A stretch of DNA of 49,695 bases from an uncultured Bacillota bacterium. Lineage in GTDB: Bacteria > Sysuimicrobiota > Sysuimicrobiia > Sysuimicrobiales > Segetimicrobiaceae. The first letter of the stretch is position 1, and every line of letters starts with the position of its first letter. The translations under genes and the position numbers were made by a program. This document shows positions 19,648-29,141 of this stretch, one piece after another. Where the stretch lies: the NCBI GenBank assembly GCA_963804645.1, contig CAWDRG010000021.1:1-49695 (forward strand), written 5' to 3'. The notes under the pieces were generated by a model. It saw only the letters and a program-made list of their open reading frames with translations, was not told the origin of the DNA and did not search any database.

Positions 19648-20973
19648 ATGGCACGGTCGTACGCCGCGGTGGCGGCTGACATCAGCACCTTGCCTCACCC
19701 GAAGGTCCAACTGGCCGCGCGCGACGCGATTGAGGGGAAGACCCGGGGACTGCGCGCCATTCTGCCCTTCGTCGGGCCGGCGTTCATCGCGAGCATCGCC
19801 TACATCGATCCGGGGAACTTCGCGACGAACATTCAGGGTGGGGCGCAGTTTGGGTATGCTCTCCTGTGGGTCGTCTTGATGGCGAACCTGATGGCCATGC
19901 TGATTCAGGGGCTGGCGGCCAAGCTCGGGATCGCGACCGGCCTGAACCTCGCCGAGATGTGCCGCGCCCGCTTCGCCCCCTGGGTGTGCTATTGTCTGTG
20001 GATCACGCAAGAGATCACGGCGATGGCGACCGACCTGGCCGAGTTCCTCGGCGCGGCGATCGGAATCACCCTGCTCACCGGCATGCCGATGTTCGTGTCG
20101 GCGTCGATCACCGGCATCGCCGTGTTCATGATCCTAGGGCTCCAGGGCAAGGGGTTTCGCCAGCTCGAAGCGTTTATCGGCGGGTGCGCGTTCGCGATCG
20201 CGGCGTGCTACGTCGTCGAGACGTTCCTCGCCAAGCCCGATTGGGGGCAGGTCGTGTTTCACAGTTTTGTCCCCAGCCTGCCGGGCAATGACGCCGTGCT
20301 GCTGGCGGTGGGCATCGTCGGCGCGACGGTGATGCCCCACGTGATCTACCTGCACTCAGGTCTGACCCAGGGCCGGATCGTCCCGGCGTCTGAAAACGAA
20401 GCCCGGCGCATCTTCAACTTCAACAAGCTCGACGTCATCGTGGCGATGAGCATGGCGGGACTCGTCAACATGGCGATGCTGTTCATGGCGGCAAAAGTGT
20501 TCCATTTTACCGGTCACGCCGACATCGCCGACATCAATTCTGCGTACAAGACGCTGGTCCCGCTGTTGGGCGGCGCGTCGGCGCTGGTCTTTGCCATCTC
20601 TCTCATCGCGTCGGGGATCTCGAGCTCGCACGTCGGGACGATGGCGGGCCAGGTGGTGATGCAGGGATTTGTCAACTTTCGGATCGCGGTATGGATCCGA
20701 CGGCTCGCGACGATGATCCCGGCCCTGGTGGCCATCTATCTGAATCTCAACCCGACGATGACCCTGGTGGTGAGTCAGGTCGTGCTGAGCTTCACGCTGC
20801 CGATCCCGGTCATCACGCTGGTCATGTTCACGCGCAATCGCGCGATCATGGGGAAGCTCGTCAATCACCCCGCGGTGACGGCGCTCGCGATCGCCTGCGC
20901 CGCGGTCATCCTGCTGCTGAACTTCGTCCTGCTGTACCAGACCCTCGGCGGACCGCTCCCGAAGCTGGGGTGA
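19648..20973 (+). CDS. mntH: NRAMP-family Mn2+/Fe2+ transporter MntH
   Basis: Canonical TM1 DPGN (AYIDPGNFATNIQGG) and TM6 MPH (ATVMPHVIYLHS) motifs; 11-12 TM. Confidence 0.85.
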   Translation: MARSYAAVAADISTLPHPKVQLAARDAIEGKTRGLRAILPFVGPAFIASIAYIDPGNFATNIQGGAQFGYALLWVVLMANLMAMLIQGLAAKLGIATGLNLAEMCRARFAPWVCYCLWITQEITAMATDLAEFLGAAIGITLLTGMPMFVSASITGIAVFMILGLQGKGFRQLEAFIGGCAFAIAACYVVETFLAKPDWGQVVFHSFVPSLPGNDAVLLAVGIVGATVMPHVIYLHSGLTQGRIVPASENEARRIFNFNKLDVIVAMSMAGLVNMAMLFMAAKVFHFTGHADIADINSAYKTLVPLLGGASALVFAISLIASGISSSHVGTMAGQVVMQGFVNFRIAVWIRRLATMIPALVAIYLNLNPTMTLVVSQVVLSFTLPIPVITLVMFTRNRAIMGKLVNHPAVTALAIACAAVILLLNFVLLYQTLGGPLPKLG

Positions 20974-21111
20974 CCGGGCGCGCGAACGTGGTGCGGAGGG
21001 GATGCGGATGCGCGGGCTCGATCGTCCGAACCGGACCCCTGTGTGGGGGACCCCACGGTAGGAACGTGTTTGCCTCTGCGGCTGGGGTGCGCCCGCACCG
21101 GGGGTGCGAGA

Positions 21112-21127
21112 TCTAATTATAATTAGA
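21112..21127. promoter_or_regulatory. Perfect 16-bp AT-rich palindrome TCTAATTATAATTAGA; candidate metalloregulator operator
   Basis: Isolated AT-only palindrome in GC-rich intergenic DNA, 185 bp upstream of the NRAMP-related gene at 21310. Confidence 0.4.
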
Positions 21128-21309
21128 CCCGCGGGAACGCCACCCTTCATCAGACGCCGCGGCTGAAGCCCGCGCGGAGCCGCAGCCACGGCGGCGGTCA
21201 GCCTGCCCCCGACGACGCCCGCGCACGGTCCCACGCAAGGTGTTCACGACCCCCCGGTGGAAATTCGGAGCCAGCAGTTTGGCGTGTTGATGGAGATCCC
21301 CGTCACGCG

Positions 21310-22620
21310 ATGAGCGACAATCAATCGCCGGCGCCTCCTGTGCCTGCGGTCCATCCCAAGTTCCGCAAGATCATCGGCGAGCGAAAGCCTGGTTGGCGGC
21401 GCTCGATCTGGATCTTTTGGGCGCTGCTGGGCCCCGGATTTGTCGCTACGCTTGCGAACAACGATGCGGGTGGCGTCATTTCCTACGCCGTGACCGGGGC
21501 GCTCTTTGGGATCGGCCTCTTCATCCCGTTGGTGATTTGCCTTGCCCCCTTGGCATTTACGATTCAAGAGATGAGCATGCGCCTCAGCGCCGTCACGCAA
21601 GAGGGATTCTCCAAACTGGTCCTGCGCCGGTACGGACGATTCTGGGGCTACTATCACATCACGACGCTGGCGCTCGAGAACCTGCTCACCCTCGTGACGG
21701 AGTTCATTGGGATGACGGCGGGGCTCATCCTGTTGGGCCTGCCCCTCTGGCTCAGCGACATCAGCTGTCTCTTGCTGATCGTGACGTGCGTCCTCCTCAC
21801 CGGCTACTGGACGAAAGAGCGAGTCGCCCTGTGCGTGGGAGCGCTCAACGTCATCTTTCTCGTCGTCGCCGCCATGACGCACCCGAGCGCGGCCGCCATC
21901 GGGCACGCCTTCGTGGCGTGGAACGTTCCGGCGGGCCGTCACCCCAGTGTGCTCTGGTACGTGATCGCCACCGTGGGGAACGCCGTCGCGCCGTGGATGA
22001 TCTTCTTTCAAGGGAGCGGGACGATCGATAAAGGGGTGACGTCGCGCGACCTGCGGCTGAGCCGCATTGACACCGCCGTCGGCAGCGTCATCCAGGTCAT
22101 CGTGGCCGCCGGGATCATTGTGTGTGGTGCCGCACTCGTCGGGCACGTGCACGAGCTCAGCCAGTCCGGTCCTGCCCAGATCATCCAGTCGCTCGACCGC
22201 TCGGTGGGGCGGTGGCCCGCCATCCTCTTTGGCATCGGTCTCTTCAACGCCGGCTTTCTCGCCTCGATTACGGTGTCGCTTTCCTCGTCCTGGAGCATCG
22301 CGGAAATGTTTGGGTGGTCGAAGAGCCTGGACGACAAGATCTCGACGGCCCCGGGGTTTTACGCGAGCTATATCGGCAGCCTGGTCCTCGCGGCGCTGGC
22401 GGTGCTGCTCCCCCATCTCCCGCTCAACTTGATTGCCGTCGTCACGCAGGTGATCGGTGGGATCCTCATGACGCCGCTGTTGGTGTTCATGGTGTTGATG
22501 ACGCGCGATCGCGCCTTGATGGGGGAGTACAGCACAGGCCTGTTGGCGAGCCTGTGGAGTTGGGCCATGGTCGGCGTGCTTATTGTGTTGACGCTGGCGA
22601 CGTTCTGGAACACGCTCTAG
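21310..22620 (+). CDS. NRAMP-related (SLC11) divalent cation transporter, non-canonical metal site
   Basis: LLGPGFVATLANNDAGGVISYA (DAGG instead of DPGN) and NAVAPWMIFFQGSG (APW instead of MPH). Confidence 0.7.
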   Translation: MSDNQSPAPPVPAVHPKFRKIIGERKPGWRRSIWIFWALLGPGFVATLANNDAGGVISYAVTGALFGIGLFIPLVICLAPLAFTIQEMSMRLSAVTQEGFSKLVLRRYGRFWGYYHITTLALENLLTLVTEFIGMTAGLILLGLPLWLSDISCLLLIVTCVLLTGYWTKERVALCVGALNVIFLVVAAMTHPSAAAIGHAFVAWNVPAGRHPSVLWYVIATVGNAVAPWMIFFQGSGTIDKGVTSRDLRLSRIDTAVGSVIQVIVAAGIIVCGAALVGHVHELSQSGPAQIIQSLDRSVGRWPAILFGIGLFNAGFLASITVSLSSSWSIAEMFGWSKSLDDKISTAPGFYASYIGSLVLAALAVLLPHLPLNLIAVVTQVIGGILMTPLLVFMVLMTRDRALMGEYSTGLLASLWSWAMVGVLIVLTLATFWNTL

Positions 22621-23947
22621 CAGGCCGCGGAAAAAACGTGTTTATGACGAATCATCGTGCCTGGTTCGAGAGTGATCATGCCACCTGAAGCTCCGCGGAG
22701 CTGCTTGCGCGAGTTCCGCGCGCTCCGTGCGACCTCGCCATCGCACCGAGGGGTGGCATCCTCATGCGAGGGCCTGTTGGAGATTGCGGATCCGCACCAG
22801 GTTGTAGATCGCACACGCAAACACGAACATCCAGTCCACCCGGTCGGTGCTGCGATGGTGCAGCTTGCGCATCAGCCCGATGGTCTTCAGCCAACCAAAG
22901 ATTTCTTCCACCCGCTTGCGGATGCGTTGGCTGATCTCATAGCCGGGGTGCCGGGTGGTCCGCAGATCGACGGCACTGCGCCGCTTGCTGGTGTTTTGGG
23001 CAATGTGCGGTGTGACGTCCAAGTCGCGCAGCGCTTGGACGAATTCCGGCGTGTCGAAGCCTTTGTCCGCGCCGACCGTCACGCGGCGCTCGCCGGCCAC
23101 CTGCTCGAGCAGCTCTTCCGCCGTGTCCCGTTCCGCCGTGCCCGTCGCCGCGGTCGCTTGGGCCCGCACCACCAAGCCATTGCGGTTCTCCATCAGCACA
23201 TGGCCCATATAGTACAGCTTCGCTTCCCGGCCGTGGCCTTTGCGCTGCAAGCGCGCCTCGGGATCCGTCGTCGATTGATGCGTGGCATTGCTGCGGTGTT
23301 GGCCATGAAAGTTGACGGTTGGGTTCCCCGGATCATCCGGCGGCGGCTGGTCGGTCGGGTCCTCGTCCTTGGGACGAAAGCTCTTCAGGCCCGCCCAGGC
23401 TTCAATCAGCGTCCCGTCGACGGTGAAGTGTTCCATCGACAAGAGGTCCCGCTCCCGCGCTTGGGCCAGCACGCGCGTGAAGAAGGCTTGCGCGATATCG
23501 CCATCCAGCAGGCGCTGCCGGTTCTTCGTGAACGTCGTCGGGTCCCAGACCGGCTCGTCCATGTTCAACCCGACGAACCAGCGGAACAGCAAGTTGTAAT
23601 CCAGTTGCTCCATCAACTGCCGCTCACTGCGCACCGTGAAGAGCACCTGCAGCAGCAAGGCCCGCAGCAGTTTCTCCGGCGGGATCGAGGGGCGGCCAAT
23701 CTGCGATAGAGTTTGGCGAACGTGGGCGACAACTCATGCAGCACCGCGTCCACCATGCTCCGGATCACGCGCAACGGATGGTCCTGCGGGACGCGCGCTT
23801 CCGGGGAGAGGTAGCTAAACATGCCTTCCTGCTGCCGATCGTCTCCGCGCATCGTGGCACCTCCGAGGGAGGAGTACGAATGAGGGTGCAACGCGACAGA
23901 GTATCATTCTATATGAACATCCAAATACCTGCTTTTTCATCATCCTG
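22621..23947 (-). mobile_element. IS5-family insertion sequence (1327 bp) flanked by CTAG target duplication
   Basis: CTAG at 22617..22620 and 23948..23951; imperfect terminal IRs beginning CAGG...; left CTAG includes the TAG stop of the upstream NRAMP gene. Confidence 0.65.
22762..23852 (-). pseudogene. IS5-family DDE transposase with a 1-bp deletion frameshift
   Basis: N-terminal MRGDDRQQEGMFSYLSPEARVPQDHPLRVIRSMVDAVL...FAKLY, then frame change tattcg->tatcg at ~23655, then GRPSIPPEKLLRALLLQVLFTVRSERQLMEQL... Confidence 0.7.
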
Positions 23948-23996
23948 CTAGGGCGAGCGGTGATGCGTCCGCGTCCCGGTCGTGGCGCCGCGCGGA

Positions 23997-25586
23997 TCAG
24001 GCGATCGGCAGGTCCTCGGTCGCGCTCCGCGCCCGCCGGAGGAGCAGCACGAGCGGGAGGACGCACAGAAACACCACGCCAATGGTGCCGAAAACGTAGT
24101 CGAACGCGACGACGGCCGCCTGCTGGCTGATGAGGCCCTGCAGCGCCGCGAGCGCCTGCCAGTGTGCGGTCGTCGGGTCGCTGCCGCGCGCGACGAATGC
24201 CTGCTGGTACGTCTGCCACCACTGCCTGAACTGCGGATTGTAGATCGACGCGTACTTCACCAGATTGGCACTGACGGCGGTGATCTTTTGGTTGAGGAGC
24301 GTGATCACGATCGCCGTGCCGAGGCTTCCCCCCAACTGGAACATCAGGTTGAAGAGGCTCGACGCGCTCTGCATCAGCCGTTTCGGGATGGTGGAGAGCG
24401 CCGACGTCGCCATCGGGACGAACATGCACGCGAACCCGACCCCCTGAAGCACGAGCGGTCCGACCAGCTGGACCTCGCTGCTGTTGGTCGTGAAGTGGGC
24501 CATGAGGAAGCCGGAGATGCTCGCGAGGACCAGCCCCAGCGGCAGCAGGACGTAGGGGCCGACCCGATTGTACAGCGCTCCGGCGAGCGGCATCATCAGC
24601 ACCATGACGAGCGACCGCGGCATCAGCGTCAGCCCCGCCTGTGTTGCGGTGTATCCGAGCAGAGTCTGTAGGAACAGCGGCATGAGGATCAGGCCGCCGA
24701 ACAGCGTGCCGCCCAGGACCGCGCCGATGAGCGCTCCAGACGCGAACGAGAGGTTCCGGAAGATGCGCAGGTCGACCGCCGGCGCGCGCTCCCGGAGCTC
24801 CCAGTAGATGAACGCGGCGAGGGCCACGACGAAGAGAATCGCGAGCGAGACGATCAGTGCGCTCTGGAACCATCCGTCGTTCTCGCCCTCCTCCAGCAGG
24901 ATCTGCAGCGACGCGAGGGCGGTGGCCAGGAGCCCGATCCCGATCCCGTCGATGCGCCGAAATCCCTGGGCGCGCATCCAGGGCGGGTCGACGATGAACT
25001 GGGTGCCGAGGAAGAGCGCGATCGCTCCAATCGGCAGGTTCACGAAGAAGATCCACGGCCATGAGAGATTGTCGGTCAGCCACCCGCCGAGCGTGGGGCC
25101 GATCGCCGGTCCGAGCAGGATGACCATCCCGAAGAGGCCCATCGCTTGGCCCTGTTCCTCGGGCGGGAAGGCCTCACGGGTGATCGCCTGGGAGGTCGGC
25201 GCCAGCACCCCGCCGCCGAGCCCCTGAAGGACGCGGAACAGGATCAACTGTCCAAGCGTCCGCGAGATCCCGCACAACATTGACGCGACGGTGAAAATCC
25301 CGATGGCGATCAGATACATCCGCTTCCGGCCCAGGATCGAACTGAGCCACGTCGTGAGGGGCATGACGATGACGAGCGCGATGAGGTACGAGGTGCTGAC
25401 CCACGTGACCTCCTGTGTGGTCACGCCGTAGGTCGCTTGGATGTGGACCAGGGCGACGTTCACGACGCTCGAATCGATCGCGCCCATCAACGCGCCCGCC
25501 ATGACGGACAGGACGACGACCCACTTATTCGGCGCCGTCCATTCGCGGCCCGCCGCTCCGCTGATGACCCCTGCCTGTGCCGACAT
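23997..25586 (-). CDS. MFS transporter, DHA2 (EmrB/QacA) family drug:H+ antiporter
   Basis: 14-TM MFS; LGRKRMYLIAIGIFTVASMLCGISRTLGQLILFRVLQGLGGGVLAPTSQAI motifs. Confidence 0.8.
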   Translation of the reverse strand: MSAQAGVISGAAGREWTAPNKWVVVLSVMAGALMGAIDSSVVNVALVHIQATYGVTTQEVTWVSTSYLIALVIVMPLTTWLSSILGRKRMYLIAIGIFTVASMLCGISRTLGQLILFRVLQGLGGGVLAPTSQAITREAFPPEEQGQAMGLFGMVILLGPAIGPTLGGWLTDNLSWPWIFFVNLPIGAIALFLGTQFIVDPPWMRAQGFRRIDGIGIGLLATALASLQILLEEGENDGWFQSALIVSLAILFVVALAAFIYWELRERAPAVDLRIFRNLSFASGALIGAVLGGTLFGGLILMPLFLQTLLGYTATQAGLTLMPRSLVMVLMMPLAGALYNRVGPYVLLPLGLVLASISGFLMAHFTTNSSEVQLVGPLVLQGVGFACMFVPMATSALSTIPKRLMQSASSLFNLMFQLGGSLGTAIVITLLNQKITAVSANLVKYASIYNPQFRQWWQTYQQAFVARGSDPTTAHWQALAALQGLISQQAAVVAFDYVFGTIGVVFLCVLPLVLLLRRARSATEDLPIA

Positions 25587-25810
25587 CCGTCGATCGCTCT
25601 CCGTCCGCCGCTCGGCCGGCCGGGCCCCGACGTGCGCCCCGCCGCGCCGTGACGTGTGTGCCGCGTCTGCCGCCGATCTCCCGGGCGGCCGTCCCTACGT
25701 CTAACGACGGACGGGGCCGCTCGACTCCCGCGGAGACGACCGGTATGCTCGGAGGGTGGCGCGTCCGCGCGCCCCGCGCAATGACGTGATTCTGGGGGGG
25801 AGGAAGGCCG

Positions 25811-26923
25811 ATGTCAAGGTCGTCGGCGGCGCTGCCGCGCACCGCAGAGGTGATCGCGCGGGGCATCGCTGACGGGCTCCACCTCGGAGTTCAGCTGTAC
25901 GTGTCGGTAGATGGGGTCCCCGCGGCGGACCTGGCGATCGGCGACGCGCGGCCCGGCGTCCCGCTCGCTCCCGACAGCCTCATGCCGTGGATGTCCTCGT
26001 GTAAGCCTGTGGGCGCGGTCGCGGTGGCCCAACTCTGGGAGCGGGGCGGGCTGCAGTTGGACGACCCGGTCTCCCGGATCATCCCTGAGTTCGGTGCGCA
26101 CGGCAAGGCTCTCGTGACGATCCGGCATCTGCTGACCCATACTGCGGGTTTCCGGTTCATCGAGCCCGGGTGGCGGGACGTGTCGTGGGACCAGCTTATC
26201 GCTGAGATCTCATCGGCGCCGCTCGAGCCGGGATGGGTGCCCGGGGAGCGCGCGGGCTACCATCCGTCGTCGTCCTGGTACATCCTGGCCGAGATCGTGC
26301 GGCGCGTGGATGGCCGTCCGTTCGATCGGGTTGTCCGGGAGGAGATCTTCGAACCGCTCGGGCTCCTCGATTCGTGGATCGGGGTGCCCCAGGAGCGGCT
26401 GCGCGCGTACGGGGATCGAGTCAGCGGCTTCTACGATACCCAGGGGGATCTCCCGCGCCCGAACCTGTCCGACGCCGAGGCGCGCGGCCTTCCCTATCGG
26501 CCGGGAGGGAGCGGGCGCGGTCCCGTGCGCGAGCTTGGACGGTTCTATGAGGTGCTGCTGGCGGGGGGGAACCGCGGCGGGGTCCGGATCCTCTCTCCGC
26601 AGACGGTCGAAGCGCTGACCGCGGGGCACCGCATCGGCATGTTCGATGAGACGTTTCGCCATGTGATCGACTGGGGGCTCGGCTTCATCCGCGCCTCCAA
26701 CCAGTACGGCCCCGACACGGTACCGTACGGGTACGGGCCGCACTGCTCGCGCAGGACGTTTGGCCACAGCGGCTACCAGTCCTCGGCGGCGTTCTGCGAT
26801 CCCGAGCGACGCCTCGTCGTCGCATGGGCGGCGAACGGGACGCCGGGGGAGGTGCGCCACCAGGCCCGCGCCGTCGCGCTCAACGCGGCCGTCTACGAGG
26901 ATCTGGGGCTCGTGGCCCGGTAG
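25811..26923 (+). CDS. Serine hydrolase, beta-lactamase/esterase (class C-like) family
   Basis: S-x-x-K motif (MSSCKPVGAVAVAQL), LLTHTAGF; 3' end overlaps convergent encapsulin gene by 31 nt. Confidence 0.7.
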   Translation: MSRSSAALPRTAEVIARGIADGLHLGVQLYVSVDGVPAADLAIGDARPGVPLAPDSLMPWMSSCKPVGAVAVAQLWERGGLQLDDPVSRIIPEFGAHGKALVTIRHLLTHTAGFRFIEPGWRDVSWDQLIAEISSAPLEPGWVPGERAGYHPSSSWYILAEIVRRVDGRPFDRVVREEIFEPLGLLDSWIGVPQERLRAYGDRVSGFYDTQGDLPRPNLSDAEARGLPYRPGGSGRGPVRELGRFYEVLLAGGNRGGVRILSPQTVEALTAGHRIGMFDETFRHVIDWGLGFIRASNQYGPDTVPYGYGPHCSRRTFGHSGYQSSAAFCDPERRLVVAWAANGTPGEVRHQARAVALNAAVYEDLGLVAR

Positions 26924-27804
26924 CGCGTGCGGCGTGTGCTCGGAGCCTTCGCCGAGGCCGGGCGACGTGCCGCCCGACCCGGGCCGCGGGACGCCTCCGT
27001 CTTCCCGGACGCCGCCAGTGCCACCGCCGCCTCGGCGGTCAACATCAGGAACGTGAACGTCTCCTGCAGGTACAGCCGGACCGCGGTCTCCGTATGGGTG
27101 AGGTAGCCGATCGAGACGTCTTGGCCGATGTGGAGGTCGAAGTCGCCGCCGCGGGTGGTGAGCACGAATGCGCCGGTGATGGCCGGGGCCCAGATGATGT
27201 CGCCGTCCAGGAGACGCTGCACGTGCGTCAGGACCGGGTAGCCGTGGTCACTGGTCTCGCTGAGGTGCGTGTAGGCGGCCGCGCTCAGCACGAGGGCGTA
27301 CGGCCCCTCGACGCCGGCGAGCCGCAGCCGCGCCAGGGCCTGGGCGATTGCGCGGGGAGCTTCGCGCGCGTCGTCGGGGAGCGGGACCTCGGGATGGCTG
27401 CTCACCGACCGAACGCCCCCGATTCCCGCCGCGGGGTACCCCTCGAACACGGCACGGTCCTCGGCGAAGGCGATGGCGCGGGCCGCGTCCTTCAGCGGCT
27501 GCCAGTCGGAGTCCTTCGCGCCGCGCTCCACGTCGTCGACGGCCTGGCGGGCCAGTTCGAAGGGGACACGGAGCTCGACGAGCGTCTGCGCCTGGCGCTG
27601 CAGGGCGCCGATGCCCTCCCCGGGCGAGGGGAGGGTCCTCACATGACCCGTGCCGACCGCGGAGAAGGCGACACCGTGCGGGCCATGCACGTCGACGACG
27701 CGGCGCGCGGCGAGATGGCGCTTCAGCGTGCGCGACGCCTCCTGCTCGATCTGCGCCCACGCGGCCTCCGAGACCGGAGCCAGGTCGCGGTGGAGATTGT
27801 TCAT
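26893..27804 (-). CDS. Family 1 encapsulin shell protein (Linocin_M18, HK97 fold) with ~38-aa basic C-terminal extension
   Basis: MNNLHRDLAPVSEAAWAQIEQEASRTLKRHLAARRVVDVHGPHG...LYLQETFTFLMLTAEAAVAL, then GKTEASRGPGRAARRPASAKAPSTRRTRYRATSPRSS; ATG overlaps DyP stop (ATGA). Confidence 0.85.
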   Translation of the reverse strand: MNNLHRDLAPVSEAAWAQIEQEASRTLKRHLAARRVVDVHGPHGVAFSAVGTGHVRTLPSPGEGIGALQRQAQTLVELRVPFELARQAVDDVERGAKDSDWQPLKDAARAIAFAEDRAVFEGYPAAGIGGVRSVSSHPEVPLPDDAREAPRAIAQALARLRLAGVEGPYALVLSAAAYTHLSETSDHGYPVLTHVQRLLDGDIIWAPAITGAFVLTTRGGDFDLHIGQDVSIGYLTHTETAVRLYLQETFTFLMLTAEAAVALAASGKTEASRGPGRAARRPASAKAPSTRRTRYRATSPRSS

Positions 27805-28857
27805 GCCGAGGATCCTCCTTTGAGCGAGCCGATGCCAAGCGAGCCATCGCCCGTCGGCGCGGGCGCCTGCGGCGGGGCGTGCGGGGGGCGTCGGGGTCTC
27901 GGAGTCGCTGTCCCCGGCCGTCTCGAGGAACGTGGCGGTCGGTACGAAGAACAGCGTGCCGGTGACGGCGCGGCTGAAGTCCAGCAGCCGATCGTAGTTG
28001 CCCGGCGGCCGGCCCACGAACATGTTCATCAACATCTGTTCGATCCGGCGGGGCGAGCGGGCGTACCCGATGAAATAGGTGCCGAACTCGCCTTTCCCCG
28101 CGTCGCCGAACGGCATGTTGTCGCGGACGATCTCGAGCTGCGTGCCGTCCTCGGTGATGGTCGTCAGCGCGTTGTGCGCGAACGTCGGCTTGACGGCGTC
28201 GTCCAGCTCGATGTCGGACAGCTTCGTCCGGCCGATGATGCGTTCTTGCGTCTCGGTCGGCAGCGCGTTCCACCCACGAAGGTCGTGGAGATATTTTTGG
28301 GTGATGACGTAACTGCTCCCGGCGAACCCGGCGTCCTCCTCGCCGATGATGGTGGCCTCGAGGGCGCCCTGGTCCACCGGGTTCTCCGTGCCGTCCACGA
28401 AGCCGATGAGATCGCGGTCGTCAAAGTACTTGAATCCGTGCGTTTCGTCCACGGGCGACACGGCGCCGCCGAGCCGCGTCATGATCTGCGTGGCCAACTC
28501 GAAACACAGGTCCATGCGCGTGGCACGGATGTGGAAGAGGACATCGCCGGGCGTGGCCACCGCATGGTGGGGCGTCCCCCGGATCTCGCGGAACGGATGG
28601 AGTTCGGCCGGCCGCGGCGTCCCAAAGAGCCGGTCCCAGGCATCGGACCCGAACCCCACCACGCACGAGAGGCGGCCTTCGAGGTCACGGAATCCCACGG
28701 CCCGCACCAGCGCTGCGAGATCGCGGCAGCACGCCAGGACCGCCGCACGGGACTCGGCGCCGGCGTGGATCGTCACGACCAAGAAGATCGCCGCGCTGGT
28801 CAGCGGGGATGCGACCGGCTGCTGGACGGCGGAGACCCTGTTCGAGTCTGCGGCCAT
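27801..28857 (-). CDS. Dye-decolorizing (DyP-type) peroxidase, encapsulin cargo; as sequenced it is frame-fused to the encapsulin gene
   Basis: GFVDGTENP motif; N-terminus AAIFLVVTIHAGAESRA; C-terminal targeting peptide ...APAPTGDGSLGIGSLKGGSSA* present but in the +1 frame after the G6 run 27883..27888; removing one G restores it and places the TGA stop over the encapsulin ATG. Confidence 0.8.
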
Positions 28858-29090
28858 CAGGCGGGTGTGGCGTCGGGAGGAGTGTGCATCCGTGACGTCC
28901 CTCCATTCGAGGGGTACAACGGGGACTTCCGTGCTGGCGCCGTCATTCCTGCGAGCCGATTCTCCACGCGCGGACTGCGGGCTCGGCGTCGACGCTGCGA
29001 GGTCGGGTGGCGCGGGTGAGGGGAGCTGAGGACCCAGGTCGAGATGATCGAGGAGCGGAAGGGCCGACGTCTGACGGCGGGACGTACGGC

Positions 29091-29126
29091 GGGGGCCGGC
29101 CGGTATGGGAACCGGATCCGGCCCCC
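29091..29126 (-). terminator. GC-rich hairpin (9-bp stem GGGGGCCGG/CCGGCCCCC) just downstream of the Met-rich protein gene
   Basis: Perfect inverted repeat 14 nt after the stop of 29142..29456; no U-tract. Confidence 0.35.
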
Positions 29127-29141
29127 GACTCGCACGTGGTG

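Noticed and set aside
22657-23709. 350-aa plus-strand ORF
   Set aside because: Antisense to the IS5 transposase.
26824-29019. 731-aa plus-strand ORF across the encapsulin/DyP region
   Set aside because: Opposite strand to two strongly supported genes.
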